IMG/VR virus record: IMGVR_UViG_3300049023_000048
Location: 1-30,390 of that record
DNA length: 30,390 nucleotides
Reading direction: 5' to 3' (one strand)
Origin: a virus
Lineage: Duplodnaviria > Caudoviricetes
A program made the position numbers and the translations under genes. The notes below the pieces were generated by a model. The model saw nothing but the letters and a program-made list of their open reading frames with translations. It was not told where the DNA came from and did no database searches. Within the stretch, counting starts at the first letter, position 1, and every line of letters begins with the position of its first letter. This document shows positions 1-7,711 of the stretch, piece after piece.

Positions 1-94
1 CCATCGTCGTGCTCTCTTCCGTGATCAGCTTCGGCACATTGAGGGCTGCGCCGAGTTGTGCCCTGTGAGAAAGTGACAAACGAAAAACTCACCT

Positions 95-150
95 ACTAGC
101 GCTATTTCGAGCCGCTTCGCACCCGCATTCAAAACTTCTTAGAAGGACCC
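95..150 (-). other. Candidate cos packaging site (cosQ-like GGGTCCT plus cosN-like region)
   Basis: Minus strand reads GGGTCCT (150-144), 17 nt, then GCGGGTGCGAAGCGGCTCGAAATAGCGCTA. Lambda cosQ is GGGTCCT 17 bp upstream of cosN. A minus-strand ATG at 4-2 leaving the window could start the small terminase. Confidence 0.5.
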
Positions 151-157
151 GACAAAT

Positions 158-772
158 TTATCTGGATGCCTTGTTGAACCGCTTCAAGAAGAACCGGGCC
201 TCACGCTCAAACAGAATCGGAAAGCGCAGCTGCATCCCCACACGCACAGGCTTGATCACACGCCTCGTGTTGAACATCTGCGGCACATCGATCACCTGCA
301 CTGGCTTGATGGGTAGGCGTGCAGCACCCACACGACGGAACACGGTGCGCCCCTTGTTCCCGATGAATGCGTCCTTCACGATCTTGCTCGCGCCCTTGCG
401 AAACACCTTCACGAAGAGCGCACCCTGAGTGCCTGCCTTCTTGCGCCTGCGCCCCTCGGCCAATGTCACTTTGCGCTCGACGAACGCAATGATGTTGGCA
501 CTGCGCTTTGCACCATCCTTGCCACCGATGAGTGAGCCCTCGATAGCGAATGCACCCTGCTTTGCACTGGCACGTCTCACACGCAAGCGCTCTCGCACGT
601 ATGCCTGCTTCACGTTGAACTCGTCGGTGATGCCGCGTGTCATCAATGTGCGGCCATGGTCGATCGTCTTGTTGACGGCTGACACCGTGGCCTTCTTGCG
701 GATGTCATCACGCAGGCCGCCGAGCTTGATCTCTATGGCTGCGATGTTGGTGCGAATGTCGAGCTTGATCAT
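158..772 (-). CDS. Lambda gpZ-like minor tail/completion protein
   Basis: Basic 204 aa protein (MIKLDIRTN...AVNKT...AFI...VFRRVGAARLPIKP...VPQMF) resembling prophage gpZ-like proteins; ATG at 772 preferred over the longer ORF. Confidence 0.65.
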   Translation of the reverse strand: MIKLDIRTNIAAIEIKLGGLRDDIRKKATVSAVNKTIDHGRTLMTRGITDEFNVKQAYVRERLRVRRASAKQGAFAIEGSLIGGKDGAKRSANIIAFVERKVTLAEGRRRKKAGTQGALFVKVFRKGASKIVKDAFIGNKGRTVFRRVGAARLPIKPVQVIDVPQMFNTRRVIKPVRVGMQLRFPILFEREARFFLKRFNKASR

Positions 773-897
773 GATCGCCCACAGCTGTTGATGTCGGCCA
801 CGTGTGCATCCAGCCATCGCTGTAGCCGATGCCTGTCATCGACCTGCAGTTGTCTTTGTGGCGGCGTCAGCTCCCAGATAACGGGTGTGCCACGCAT
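769..897 (-). CDS. Possible 42 aa hypothetical protein
   Basis: MRGTPVIWELT...; stop overlaps the next start (ATGA); no other support. Confidence 0.3.
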   Translation of the reverse strand: MRGTPVIWELTPPQRQLQVDDRHRLQRWLDAHVADINSCGRS

Positions 898-998
898 ACC
901 AGGGCATGCTCGCTGCAAGACGAGTCGGAACTGAGTTGGGCGGTGTATCTGCGCCATTGACCTGTGCAGGCGGATTCGTCTCGGTAAGTGGCGCTCGC

Positions 999-1256
999 TC
1001 AGCATTTGCGCTCCCCTTTGCTGTTCATCATCGCGTCGCCCGCCGAAGCATCTTTGACCTGCTGATGCGTCACACCAGCGCGCGTGATGTTGTCGATGTA
1101 CTCGTGGTCGAGCTTCCCGGCCTTGCGCACACGGAAGTAATGCGGACCTCGCGCGATTTGCCTTGCGGTGCAGCCTAGGCAACCGATCTTGAAGCTGTAC
1201 GTTGCACCAGCCGCAGCGGCCATGCAGTCGAAGCATTCGAGCGACGGGGCGTTCAT
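999..1256 (-). CDS. Small CxxC/CxxC putative zinc-binding phage protein
   Basis: MNAPSLECFDC...GCLGC; ATGA overlap with rusA stop. Confidence 0.7.
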   Translation of the reverse strand: MNAPSLECFDCMAAAAGATYSFKIGCLGCTARQIARGPHYFRVRKAGKLDHEYIDNITRAGVTHQQVKDASAGDAMMNSKGERKC

Positions 1257-1747
1257 GCGTCGATCGCTCCGAATGCGTCGTGCTCGCGCAGGTCGAAAGC
1301 GCTTTGCTGCGCGTTGATTGGCTCGACGACGATCTCCGCCCGAGGGTTCGCTTTGTCGATGCCGTGATAGACGTGCTTCTCGCGCACCTGGCGGTCGTTG
1401 CGGTAGACGCCTGCTTGAAGCAGCGGTCGCGGTCCTTCGCAGCCGATCGACGCGCAGGAGACCGAACCGTGCGTGCATGGCGCCGACTTGCCGTGGCGAT
1501 CCTGAAGCACGTCGAGCACGATCGATTCGTCAAGATCGGGGCGCTCGCTGGCGTAGAACAAGCGAAGCGTGACGCGCACAGGGCCTTCTAACCGCTGACG
1601 AGCGGCCGGCGGGATTTGCCGCACGGCGTCGTGCTCGTAAGCGCGAGCCTCCTTCGACTTGATCACCTGCGGCCGCTGCCCAATGGTCACGATCTGCCGG
1701 CTATTGGCCTTGCTGCACGGCTGCCCAAGGATGGTGAACCGGATCAC
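1253..1747 (-). CDS. rusA: RusA-like Holliday junction resolvase
   Basis: FTILGQPCSKAN, LEGPVRVTL, RPDLD, LDVLQ, GVYRNDRQV, NPRAEIVV motifs; GTG start coupled to upstream stop. Confidence 0.85.
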   Translation of the reverse strand: MIRFTILGQPCSKANSRQIVTIGQRPQVIKSKEARAYEHDAVRQIPPAARQRLEGPVRVTLRLFYASERPDLDESIVLDVLQDRHGKSAPCTHGSVSCASIGCEGPRPLLQAGVYRNDRQVREKHVYHGIDKANPRAEIVVEPINAQQSAFDLREHDAFGAIDA

Positions 1748-1899
1748 AGCAGCACCCCCGCCAGCCACCCGATGAACACCGCTAGGAGGATGGCCAGAGG
1801 CCACAGCAACGCGGCGATAGGCACTCCTGGTTTGACAATCGGGCAGCTATCGCCCTGGTCGCAGTTGCGATTGCATGGTGGGCAGTCGGTCGCTTTCAT
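1744..1899 (-). CDS. 51 aa Cys-rich membrane-anchored protein (absent from ORF track)
   Basis: MKATDCPPCNRNCDQGDSCPIVKPGVPIAALLWPLAILLAVFIGWLAGVLL; 4-nt start/stop overlaps at both ends. Confidence 0.7.
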   Translation of the reverse strand: MKATDCPPCNRNCDQGDSCPIVKPGVPIAALLWPLAILLAVFIGWLAGVLL

Positions 1900-2267
1900 G
1901 GCGCCTCCCGAAGCAATGCGTTCACGTCGTCGTCATCCAGGCCTTGCGGTGCCGCCACTTCCGCTCGGCGCTCGCGCATGCGATCAGCCATCGCGGTGAA
2001 CACGGTCGGGGCTCGCACGACACGCTTTGCTGCCTGTGCAACCCAAGCAGCCGGGCGGTGCTCACGCGGGCGATTTGCTCCGCTGTAGCCGACGCGCAGG
2101 AACTGGTCGTAGCAGCGCTGGCATCGCGCACCGAGCGCTGAGAGCGTCTTCCATGCCGTTTGCTCGCCGCAGTAGCCGCAGGGGTGCAAGCGATCCGACG
2201 GTAGCAGCGCTGGGGCCTTGCCGTGCGGTGGCAACGGGGTGTCTTCATCGAAGGATTTGCGAGTCAC
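1896..2267 (-). CDS. Zn-finger hypothetical protein downstream of replication initiator
   Basis: CGYC...CQRC; GTGA overlap with the replication gene stop. Confidence 0.65.
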   Translation of the reverse strand: MTRKSFDEDTPLPPHGKAPALLPSDRLHPCGYCGEQTAWKTLSALGARCQRCYDQFLRVGYSGANRPREHRPAAWVAQAAKRVVRAPTVFTAMADRMRERRAEVAAPQGLDDDDVNALLREAP

Positions 2268-3205
2268 GCTGTGGCCTCCTCGTGGTACTTGCCTTCGATG
2301 ACGCGATCCCAATTGCCCCGCTCCACAAGCCACTCGAGCTCGATCACGAACGGGCGTTTGCCGGGCGTCGTCGTCGCGCGGCCGTTGAGAAACGGGCTGG
2401 TGGCGATCCAACCGAACAGCTTTCGGAAGTACCGCAGGCCGTCTTCGGCACTGCGCCAACCGCGGGCGACGGCCGTCTCTCGCCACCTCACCCGCAGGTT
2501 GTCCGCCCTCGCGCCACGCCAGCGGTCGGGGTCGTGCTGCGGCAGGTGGGGCAGTACCTCCGCCCAGGCGAGCAGCACGGCGCGGTGCGGGCAGTCAGGA
2601 GGGCCTTCGGGCTTGGGGTCGGTGCCGACGAGGGCGAGCTGCGGGCGGTCGGCCGGAGGTCGAGCGGAACCAGCCGTCAGGCTGGTGGTATTCGAAACAT
2701 CGTCCCGTCCCGTCTCGTCACGTCGCTTCCCGTCAGCGGGGACAGCCGCGTCCCGTCCCTGTTCCGGGTTAGGTCCGTTTGGTGGTTTGTCCCCGTCTCC
2801 GGCCGCGTCGCGTGACGCGCGCCACTTCGCCTTGCGTTCACGATCCTTGACGCGCTTGTCCCAAGCCACGAGAGCCTGCGCACACACGAACTCGTGATAC
2901 AGGCGGCCGTCGCTGCAATGGGTGAAGCCGTGCAGCGCGCGGTCCTTCAGCTTGCGCCACGACTTCAGGTCGCGCCCGAGATCGGCGAGCCTGCAAAGCG
3001 CGATGTCGTCGCTTGGCAGCGAGCCTGCAGGCACCTGGTTCCAAGCCGCCCACCACAGCGTGACCGCGGCGCGCCACTCGGCATCGCTGGCGGCGGCGTT
3101 GAACTCGCTGCCGAAAAGGTGATTGCCGAAGAGCGGCATGTATTCCAGGCCGCGAAGGTCGACCTCGGCGGGCACCATGGGCGTTGGCAGCGTCGATTCG
3201 CTCAC
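2264..3205 (-). CDS. Phage replication initiation protein, DUF1376/YdaU-like
   Basis: VDLRGLEYMPL...LWWAAWNQVPAGSLPSDD..LCRLA N-terminus; C-terminal SPFLNG...LEWLV..GNWDRVIEGKY typical of O-like initiators. Confidence 0.8.
   Translation of the reverse strand: MSESTLPTPMVPAEVDLRGLEYMPLFGNHLFGSEFNAAASDAEWRAAVTLWWAAWNQVPAGSLPSDDIALCRLADLGRDLKSWRKLKDRALHGFTHCSDGRLYHEFVCAQALVAWDKRVKDRERKAKWRASRDAAGDGDKPPNGPNPEQGRDAAVPADGKRRDETGRDDVSNTTSLTAGSARPPADRPQLALVGTDPKPEGPPDCPHRAVLLAWAEVLPHLPQHDPDRWRGARADNLRVRWRETAVARGWRSAEDGLRYFRKLFGWIATSPFLNGRATTTPGKRPFVIELEWLVERGNWDRVIEGKYHEEATA
2701..2800. repeat. Iteron-like repeats, candidate replication origin
   Basis: CGTCN x5 (2701-2725), further GTCCC units, and inverted pair CGGGGACA (2737-2744) / TGTCCCCG (2788-2795) in the linker of the initiator gene. 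Confidence 0.5.
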
Positions 3206-3948
3206 GCCGCCGCCCCAAACACCAAGTCCATGAACCACGGCTGATCCACGCGCCGCAGATCGATCCACCGCGGGTTCGACGCTATCCAAGCGCGCAGATC
3301 CTTGCGCTGCACGACCCACATGAACGACTCGCCGCGAGGCTTCTTCTTGGCCTTGAGCCCGCGGCGCTCGATCCAGTCAGCAACCGTTGCGCGGTTGACG
3401 CCAAGAAGCCCGCCCAGGTCAGTCGCTGTCCACGCGTTCGGATCCGTGCGATCGAGCTGCAGCCGCTTCAGCTTGACGCCGATCGCGGTTGGAGTACGCG
3501 AAAAGCCGGCCGATCGCAGCTTCTGCCCGATCACCTTTATGTCGCAGGCCACGTATTTTTCGAGGATGGCCAATTCCTCGCGCTGCCACACATCGAGACG
3601 TCGATCTCCGTTGCGAGCGAGCCCGAGCTGCGCCGCGCGCTTGTGCACCCACCACTTGGGCCGATCCACCAGAACGGCGATGCGCCCGTAGTCGCCGCGT
3701 TTGGTTGCGGTGGCGTAGCCATGCCGTATCGCGTCGTCGATTCGCTCGCTGTTCGGATACTTGCGTGCGAAGCGCTTGCCGGCGGTCGGCGAGAGAACGG
3801 GTGGCGCGCGCAGGCCTAGCTGTTGCGCCTTCCCGTAGATCGCGTGTCGCTTGCGCTTCGGCAGCGCCTCTTGCGCTGCGGGCAGGCCCCCGGCGGGATA
3901 CGCCTCGCGCAGCGCGGTCACTTCCGTGGTCGTCCAGAAATAGCTCAC
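3202..3948 (-). CDS. Multi-repeat HTH (Myb/SANT-like repeats plus C-terminal HTH) DNA-binding protein
   Basis: WTTTEVTALREAY, WQREELAILEKY, WTATDLGGLLGVNRATVADWIERRGL; GAGG RBS 8 nt before GTG 3948. Confidence 0.75.
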   Translation of the reverse strand: MSYFWTTTEVTALREAYPAGGLPAAQEALPKRKRHAIYGKAQQLGLRAPPVLSPTAGKRFARKYPNSERIDDAIRHGYATATKRGDYGRIAVLVDRPKWWVHKRAAQLGLARNGDRRLDVWQREELAILEKYVACDIKVIGQKLRSAGFSRTPTAIGVKLKRLQLDRTDPNAWTATDLGGLLGVNRATVADWIERRGLKAKKKPRGESFMWVVQRKDLRAWIASNPRWIDLRRVDQPWFMDLVFGAAA

Positions 3949-4073
3949 GCCGGGCACCTCGATTGCTCACTTGCTGCGCGAGTTGCAAAAGGGGGGCCCG
4001 CTGGGCGAACTCGACCGCAAAATTTGCGCACGCTGGCAAAAAAAACAGCCTCAAACCGCCGCTGAGCGTTCAT
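3945..4073 (-). CDS. Possible 42 aa protein
   Basis: MNAQRRFEAVFF...; ATGA and GTGA overlaps with both neighbours. Confidence 0.4.
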   Translation of the reverse strand: MNAQRRFEAVFFASVRKFCGRVRPAGPPFATRAASEQSRCPA

Positions 4074-4300
4074 TTGCGCGGCCCGCGCGATCGTGCATTG
4101 CTTTGCAGTGCAATGCTTTCTCCACAGCACTCGCAGTCGTCGGCACCATTGCTGACATGACCAAAGCAGTGGAGCGAAAGAACGCGTCGGATGTAGTCCG
4201 ACAGCACGCGGTCGTCTTCGGACGCCAAGCGCATGAGCGCTGTTTCGAGCGCTTCGCCACAGCGAACGACTGGCAATTGGCGCGTGAACTTTTCAGCCAT
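4070..4300 (-). CDS. Ribbon-helix-helix-like regulator in CII position
   Basis: VVRCGEALETALMRLASEDDRVLSDYIRRVL fits the Arc/CopG pattern; directly after cro. Confidence 0.65.
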   Translation of the reverse strand: MAEKFTRQLPVVRCGEALETALMRLASEDDRVLSDYIRRVLSLHCFGHVSNGADDCECCGESIALQSNARSRGPRK

Positions 4301-4326
4301 CGATCAGCACTCCCTTTGCGACGCGC

Positions 4327-4530
4327 TCAGGCGTCCGCAGTGGATTGGTCACCTGCCTCGTGCACGGGTAAGCCGTGCTCCTGACGCCAGAGAGCCGCTT
4401 GGACGCGGTCAGCGATTCGGGGTGGGAGTTCGTCGGGCCACTTGTTCACGGCCTCCCAGCTGATCCCGATGGCCTTGGCCGCCGCGGAGACGGTGCCGCC
4501 GAGCAGGTCGATCGCTTCCGTTTTGAGCAT
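4327..4530 (-). CDS. cro: Cro-like repressor
   Basis: MLKTEAIDLLGGTVSAAAKAIGISWEAVNKWPDELP HTH; divergent from cI. Confidence 0.85.
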   Translation of the reverse strand: MLKTEAIDLLGGTVSAAAKAIGISWEAVNKWPDELPPRIADRVQAALWRQEHGLPVHEAGDQSTADA

Positions 4531-4540
4531 GAGGCGAATA

Positions 4541-4589
4541 CTAACCTTAGTTCGCCGATGTCGGGAAGGGTTGGCCGAACTAGTGTTAG
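4541..4589. promoter_or_regulatory. Two operators between cro and cI
   Basis: CTAAC-CTTA-GTTCG (4541-4554) and CGAAC-TAGT-GTTAG (4576-4589). Confidence 0.75.
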
Positions 4590-4614
4590 CCCTCAGCCGT
4601 CAACATGTCTCACC

Positions 4615-5007
4615 ATGGAGTACGGGGATAGGCTGGCCCAACTCATGGGCGCGAAAGAGGGGGCGGAACCGCCCAGCGAAGAGCTTCACCGCCTGGCCAA
4701 GCATCTGGAGATCAGCTGGCAGGCTGTGCGCAAGGTGCTGAAGGGTCAAACCAACAGCTTCAGCGCCGAGAACAATGCGCGAGCCGCCATGTTCTACGGT
4801 TGCGACCCGGACTGGCTTGCGATCGGCAAAGCCTCTACCGGCCTCAGCTTATCGGCCCAACAGCTCGGTGCGATGCTTGATCGGGTTCCGGCGGAGCGTC
4901 GTGAGGAGGCGTTCTGGACGTGTATGGGTGTGATCCGACAAATCCTGCGCGAAGACGGAACGCCGCCGCCTTCCACGCCCACGCCACCGCCTCGTCGTAG
5001 TCGGTGA
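4615..5007 (+). CDS. cI: CI-like XRE repressor without S24 autopeptidase domain
   Basis: MEYGDRL...LAKHLEISWQAVRKVLKG...YGCDPDWLAIGK; only 130 aa. Confidence 0.8.
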   Translation: MEYGDRLAQLMGAKEGAEPPSEELHRLAKHLEISWQAVRKVLKGQTNSFSAENNARAAMFYGCDPDWLAIGKASTGLSLSAQQLGAMLDRVPAERREEAFWTCMGVIRQILREDGTPPPSTPTPPPRRSR

Positions 5008-5416
5008 AAACCTGGCGCCACACCCCAGTGCGCGCCATCACATCGCTGTACGCGCCGAAATAGGCCACCTGGTGCAGGTGGGGCACGATCGCCATCGGGC
5101 GCCCGATCGCTGTGCGCGGCTGAACGACTGACCGCGCGAGCGCCAGGAAGACGCGCAGGTCCACCCGCACCATCGCCATTCTGTAGTCGGCCACGTGCGC
5201 GAGGGCCTGTGCTTGCAAGTGCCAGGCGGCCGCGTCGGCCAGCACCGGGCCCAGCGTCTCCGCCGTGAGGAAGCCAGCGATGCGCCAAAAGGCGATGCCA
5301 TCTTCGTCGACTGCAGCCTGAACGCGCACGCTCAGACCGTACTGCCAATGCTGCATGGCCTGCCTTGAGGCCCCCTCGTGGTGCAGTGTACGAACGAGAG
5401 TTGGCGTGCCTGACAT
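4844..5416 (-). CDS. STAS/SEC14 (SpoIIAA-like) domain protein
   Basis: WRIAGFLTAE...HVADYR...MAIV...QVFTDYDEAVAW follows the SpoIIAA-like pattern; convergent overlap with cI. Confidence 0.6.
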   Translation of the reverse strand: MSGTPTLVRTLHHEGASRQAMQHWQYGLSVRVQAAVDEDGIAFWRIAGFLTAETLGPVLADAAAWHLQAQALAHVADYRMAMVRVDLRVFLALARSVVQPRTAIGRPMAIVPHLHQVAYFGAYSDVMARTGVWRQVFTDYDEAVAWAWKAAAFRLRAGFVGSHPYTSRTPPHDAPPEPDQASHRAVGPIS

Positions 5417-5459
5417 GTGACATCCCCCACAGGTTGGCTAAGTATTTTCCCGCAAATTG

Positions 5460-5497
5460 CTAACTATGGTTTGCCAAGAATGGCGAACTATGGTTTG
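5460..5497. promoter_or_regulatory. Two operators upstream of the rightward early operon
   Basis: CTAAC-TATG-GTTTG (5460-5473) and CGAAC-TATG-GTTTG (5484-5497), same consensus as the cro/cI operators. Confidence 0.75.
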
Positions 5498-5526
5498 ATG
5501 CATTCATCGCAACGGGAGGCCCACAC

Positions 5527-5688
5527 ATGCAACTCACCCGACTCCAAATCGCCGTGCTGCGCGCCAAGTGCGTTGCGCGCCAGAGCATCAAGCGCGCTGC
5601 CGAGATCCTCATCGCCGCCGGCATCGATCTGGCCGATGCCGCGCACTACGTGCTGTCGGTGCTGCGCGCCCAACGGGTGGCCGCATGA
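5527..5688 (+). CDS. 53 aa first gene of early operon (absent from ORF track)
   Basis: GGAGG RBS; MQLTRLQIAVLRAK...QRVAA; ATGA overlap with next gene. Confidence 0.7.
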   Translation: MQLTRLQIAVLRAKCVARQSIKRAAEILIAAGIDLADAAHYVLSVLRAQRVAA

Positions 5689-5993
5689 ACACCGTGCTCG
5701 ACCTCCTGCGCGAAACCGCGCCGCCGTTCGTGCCCAAGGTCGAAGACCCGCTGGTGCTCCGCCGCGCAGCGTACGTCAGCGCTCTGCAGCACTTCGATTG
5801 GAGCTTCGAGTTCAGCGACGACTACCGCCGCGTGCGCACGTGCCGGGCGGCGCTGGAAGTGCTGCGCCACGAGCAGCAGATCGTCGACCCCACCGGTGCG
5901 CTGTGGCTGCAGAACTACGAGCCCGGCTATGGTCATCCGCTGCCGATCGTCAAGCGGGTGGGTGACTTCGTCGACGCGCGGAAGGCGGCATGA
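5685..5993 (+). CDS. Hypothetical phage protein
   Basis: MNTVLDLL...LQHFDWSFEFSDD; coupled at both ends. Confidence 0.7.
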   Translation: MNTVLDLLRETAPPFVPKVEDPLVLRRAAYVSALQHFDWSFEFSDDYRRVRTCRAALEVLRHEQQIVDPTGALWLQNYEPGYGHPLPIVKRVGDFVDARKAA

Positions 5994-6298
5994 GCGTGCA
6001 GCACACACCGGGGCCGTGGTACTTCCACGTCAACAAGGCGGACACGCTGTACGTGGTGCGAGGCCCCAAGGACATCGTCGTTTGCGAAATGAGCTGGCAC
6101 AGCAGCATTCCCTGCCACTACACATTGCGCGATGAGTCTGAGGCAAACGCTCGCCTGATCGCCGCAGCGCCTGATCTGCTGGCCGCGCTGCGCCTCGCTC
6201 AAGAGCAGATGGAGCGATTCGATGGTGAGTCGGCTGGGTGGCACGAAGCCAACGACGCAATCAGCGCCGCCATCGCCAAAGCCACAGGTGCCGCATGA
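5990..6298 (+). CDS. Phage HTPGPW...ANARLIAAAPDLL family protein
   Basis: Characteristic HTPGPW and EANARLIAAAPDLLAAL motifs. Confidence 0.8.
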   Translation: MSVQHTPGPWYFHVNKADTLYVVRGPKDIVVCEMSWHSSIPCHYTLRDESEANARLIAAAPDLLAALRLAQEQMERFDGESAGWHEANDAISAAIAKATGAA

Positions 6299-6504
6299 GC
6301 GCCGTGCGCCATAGCGATGACAGCATGTACGGCACTGCGTCGGTGCGGTGCTGGTGGTTCCATACCCGCGAAGTCGAATTGCTACTGGGCTGGCATGGCG
6401 AAGGGATTGAAGCGCCGTATGTGATCACCGTCGACGAGCCCAGTTGCGAAAACTTCAGAGCTGTCGTCGACGACTTCGGCAGCCTCGTGGTGGTGGGTTC
6501 ATGA
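6295..6504 (+). CDS. Hypothetical protein
   Basis: MSAVRHSDD...; ATGA overlaps at both ends. Confidence 0.6.
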   Translation: MSAVRHSDDSMYGTASVRCWWFHTREVELLLGWHGEGIEAPYVITVDEPSCENFRAVVDDFGSLVVVGS

Positions 6505-6770
6505 GCCCGCCTCGCGACCTCACCCACGCAGCACGCGTGTTCGACCACATGCAGGTGCAGGACGCGCAATGGCCATTGGGCGTGCCTGCGTCACCGGTGC
6601 GCGCCTCGAACGACACGGCGCGCGAGGTGACAGCGCAGTTGCGAAAGGCGATGAACCACCTGGCCAGCCTGTCGCTGGTGGCCGGAGTGCCGCCGGATGT
6701 GGCGCGCACGGCGCTGGCGTTCTCGAATGAGTGCCGGGCGCTACTGCGGCGGGTGGAGCCTGGCAAGTGA
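6501..6770 (+). CDS. Hypothetical protein
   Basis: MSPPRDL...; coupled at both ends. Confidence 0.6.
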   Translation: MSPPRDLTHAARVFDHMQVQDAQWPLGVPASPVRASNDTAREVTAQLRKAMNHLASLSLVAGVPPDVARTALAFSNECRALLRRVEPGK

Positions 6771-6961
6771 TCGCTCTGTCGGATCGCACCGCGAAGCAAG
6801 CGCGCCGGCTGTTGAACGGGTGGCGGCGCGCGATCTTCGAATCGCACGTCAGCAAGGAAACAGGAATGGTCGACGACGACAAGGTCGTGCGCGAGCTCGC
6901 AGAGTTCGACTCGGTCATCGCAACGCTGTCCGAGGCCATCAAGAAGGCGAGGAGCAAATGA
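6767..6961 (+). CDS. Hypothetical protein
   Basis: GTG start with GGAG RBS; coupled at both ends. Confidence 0.6.
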   Translation: MIALSDRTAKQARRLLNGWRRAIFESHVSKETGMVDDDKVVRELAEFDSVIATLSEAIKKARSK

Positions 6962-7170
6962 ACCAACGCACGATGACCGGCCCGCGCAGGTGCGACACCA
7001 AGTGGCCGCAAACCGAGGTGATGCCTCGCCGAGCGATGCGCACGCGCGAGAACCCGTATCGCAGGCCGCAGCGCGAGCCGATCAACTGGGGGCTGTGCCT
7101 GATGCTGGCCGGCGCGATCACGATGACGCTAGCGGCGCTGGTCTACAAATTCGCGGGGCCGTCGACATGA
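6958..7170 (+). CDS. Small protein with C-terminal TM helix
   Basis: GAGGAG RBS; INWGLCLMLAGAITMTLAALVY. Confidence 0.65.
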   Translation: MNQRTMTGPRRCDTKWPQTEVMPRRAMRTRENPYRRPQREPINWGLCLMLAGAITMTLAALVYKFAGPST

Positions 7171-7442
7171 GCCTCGCCCTGCCCTGGCTGCAAAACGCCG
7201 AGAGCACCGTCCCTCCGGGCCCGATCACTGTTCCTGGCACAGGCCGCCGCCTCTATTGGACCGGCCGCGTCTGTGTCGGCTTGCTCGCGCAACAGCAGCG
7301 GCCGCGCGACCCTGGCGTGCATGCCGAGCTGCTGCAGCGCTTGCTGACAACGCCTGAGCCGAGGCGTGAGTGGCACGAGACGCCGCGGACGTTCTATCTG
7401 AAGCCGCCGCTGTGGCAGCGCATTGCTCGGATTTGGCGATGA
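7167..7442 (+). CDS. Hypothetical protein
   Basis: MSLALPW...; ATGA overlaps. Confidence 0.6.
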   Translation: MSLALPWLQNAESTVPPGPITVPGTGRRLYWTGRVCVGLLAQQQRPRDPGVHAELLQRLLTTPEPRREWHETPRTFYLKPPLWQRIARIWR

Positions 7443-7711
7443 AAGTCACCCTAATCCCCGAGCGCGCTTACACCGTCAAGACGAACGACGGCGAGCTGAA
7501 GAACATGCGCGTCATCAGTGAATGGGAAGGCTTCACGAAGCTGCAGGCCAAAGAAGGGGACGTGATGATCGTCGAGTCCCCGGCCGACGGCTTCAGCTCG
7601 GCCTTTAGACGCCTGTTCGAGAACGAGCACGGCGAAGTGGTCTCAGTCGTCAAGGCGTCGCCATCGCTGATCGCTGTGCTGGTGCCCAAGCGAGAGGAAT
7701 CGCAGGCATGA
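7439..7711 (+). CDS. Hypothetical protein
   Basis: MKVTLIPERAY...; ATGA overlaps, GC3-rich codons. Confidence 0.65.
   Translation: MKVTLIPERAYTVKTNDGELKNMRVISEWEGFTKLQAKEGDVMIVESPADGFSSAFRRLFENEHGEVVSVVKASPSLIAVLVPKREESQA

Noticed and set aside
5527-6298. C-terminal AA ClpXP degrons on three consecutive early proteins
   Set aside because: Could simply follow from GCATGA stop/start overlaps; not separable without data
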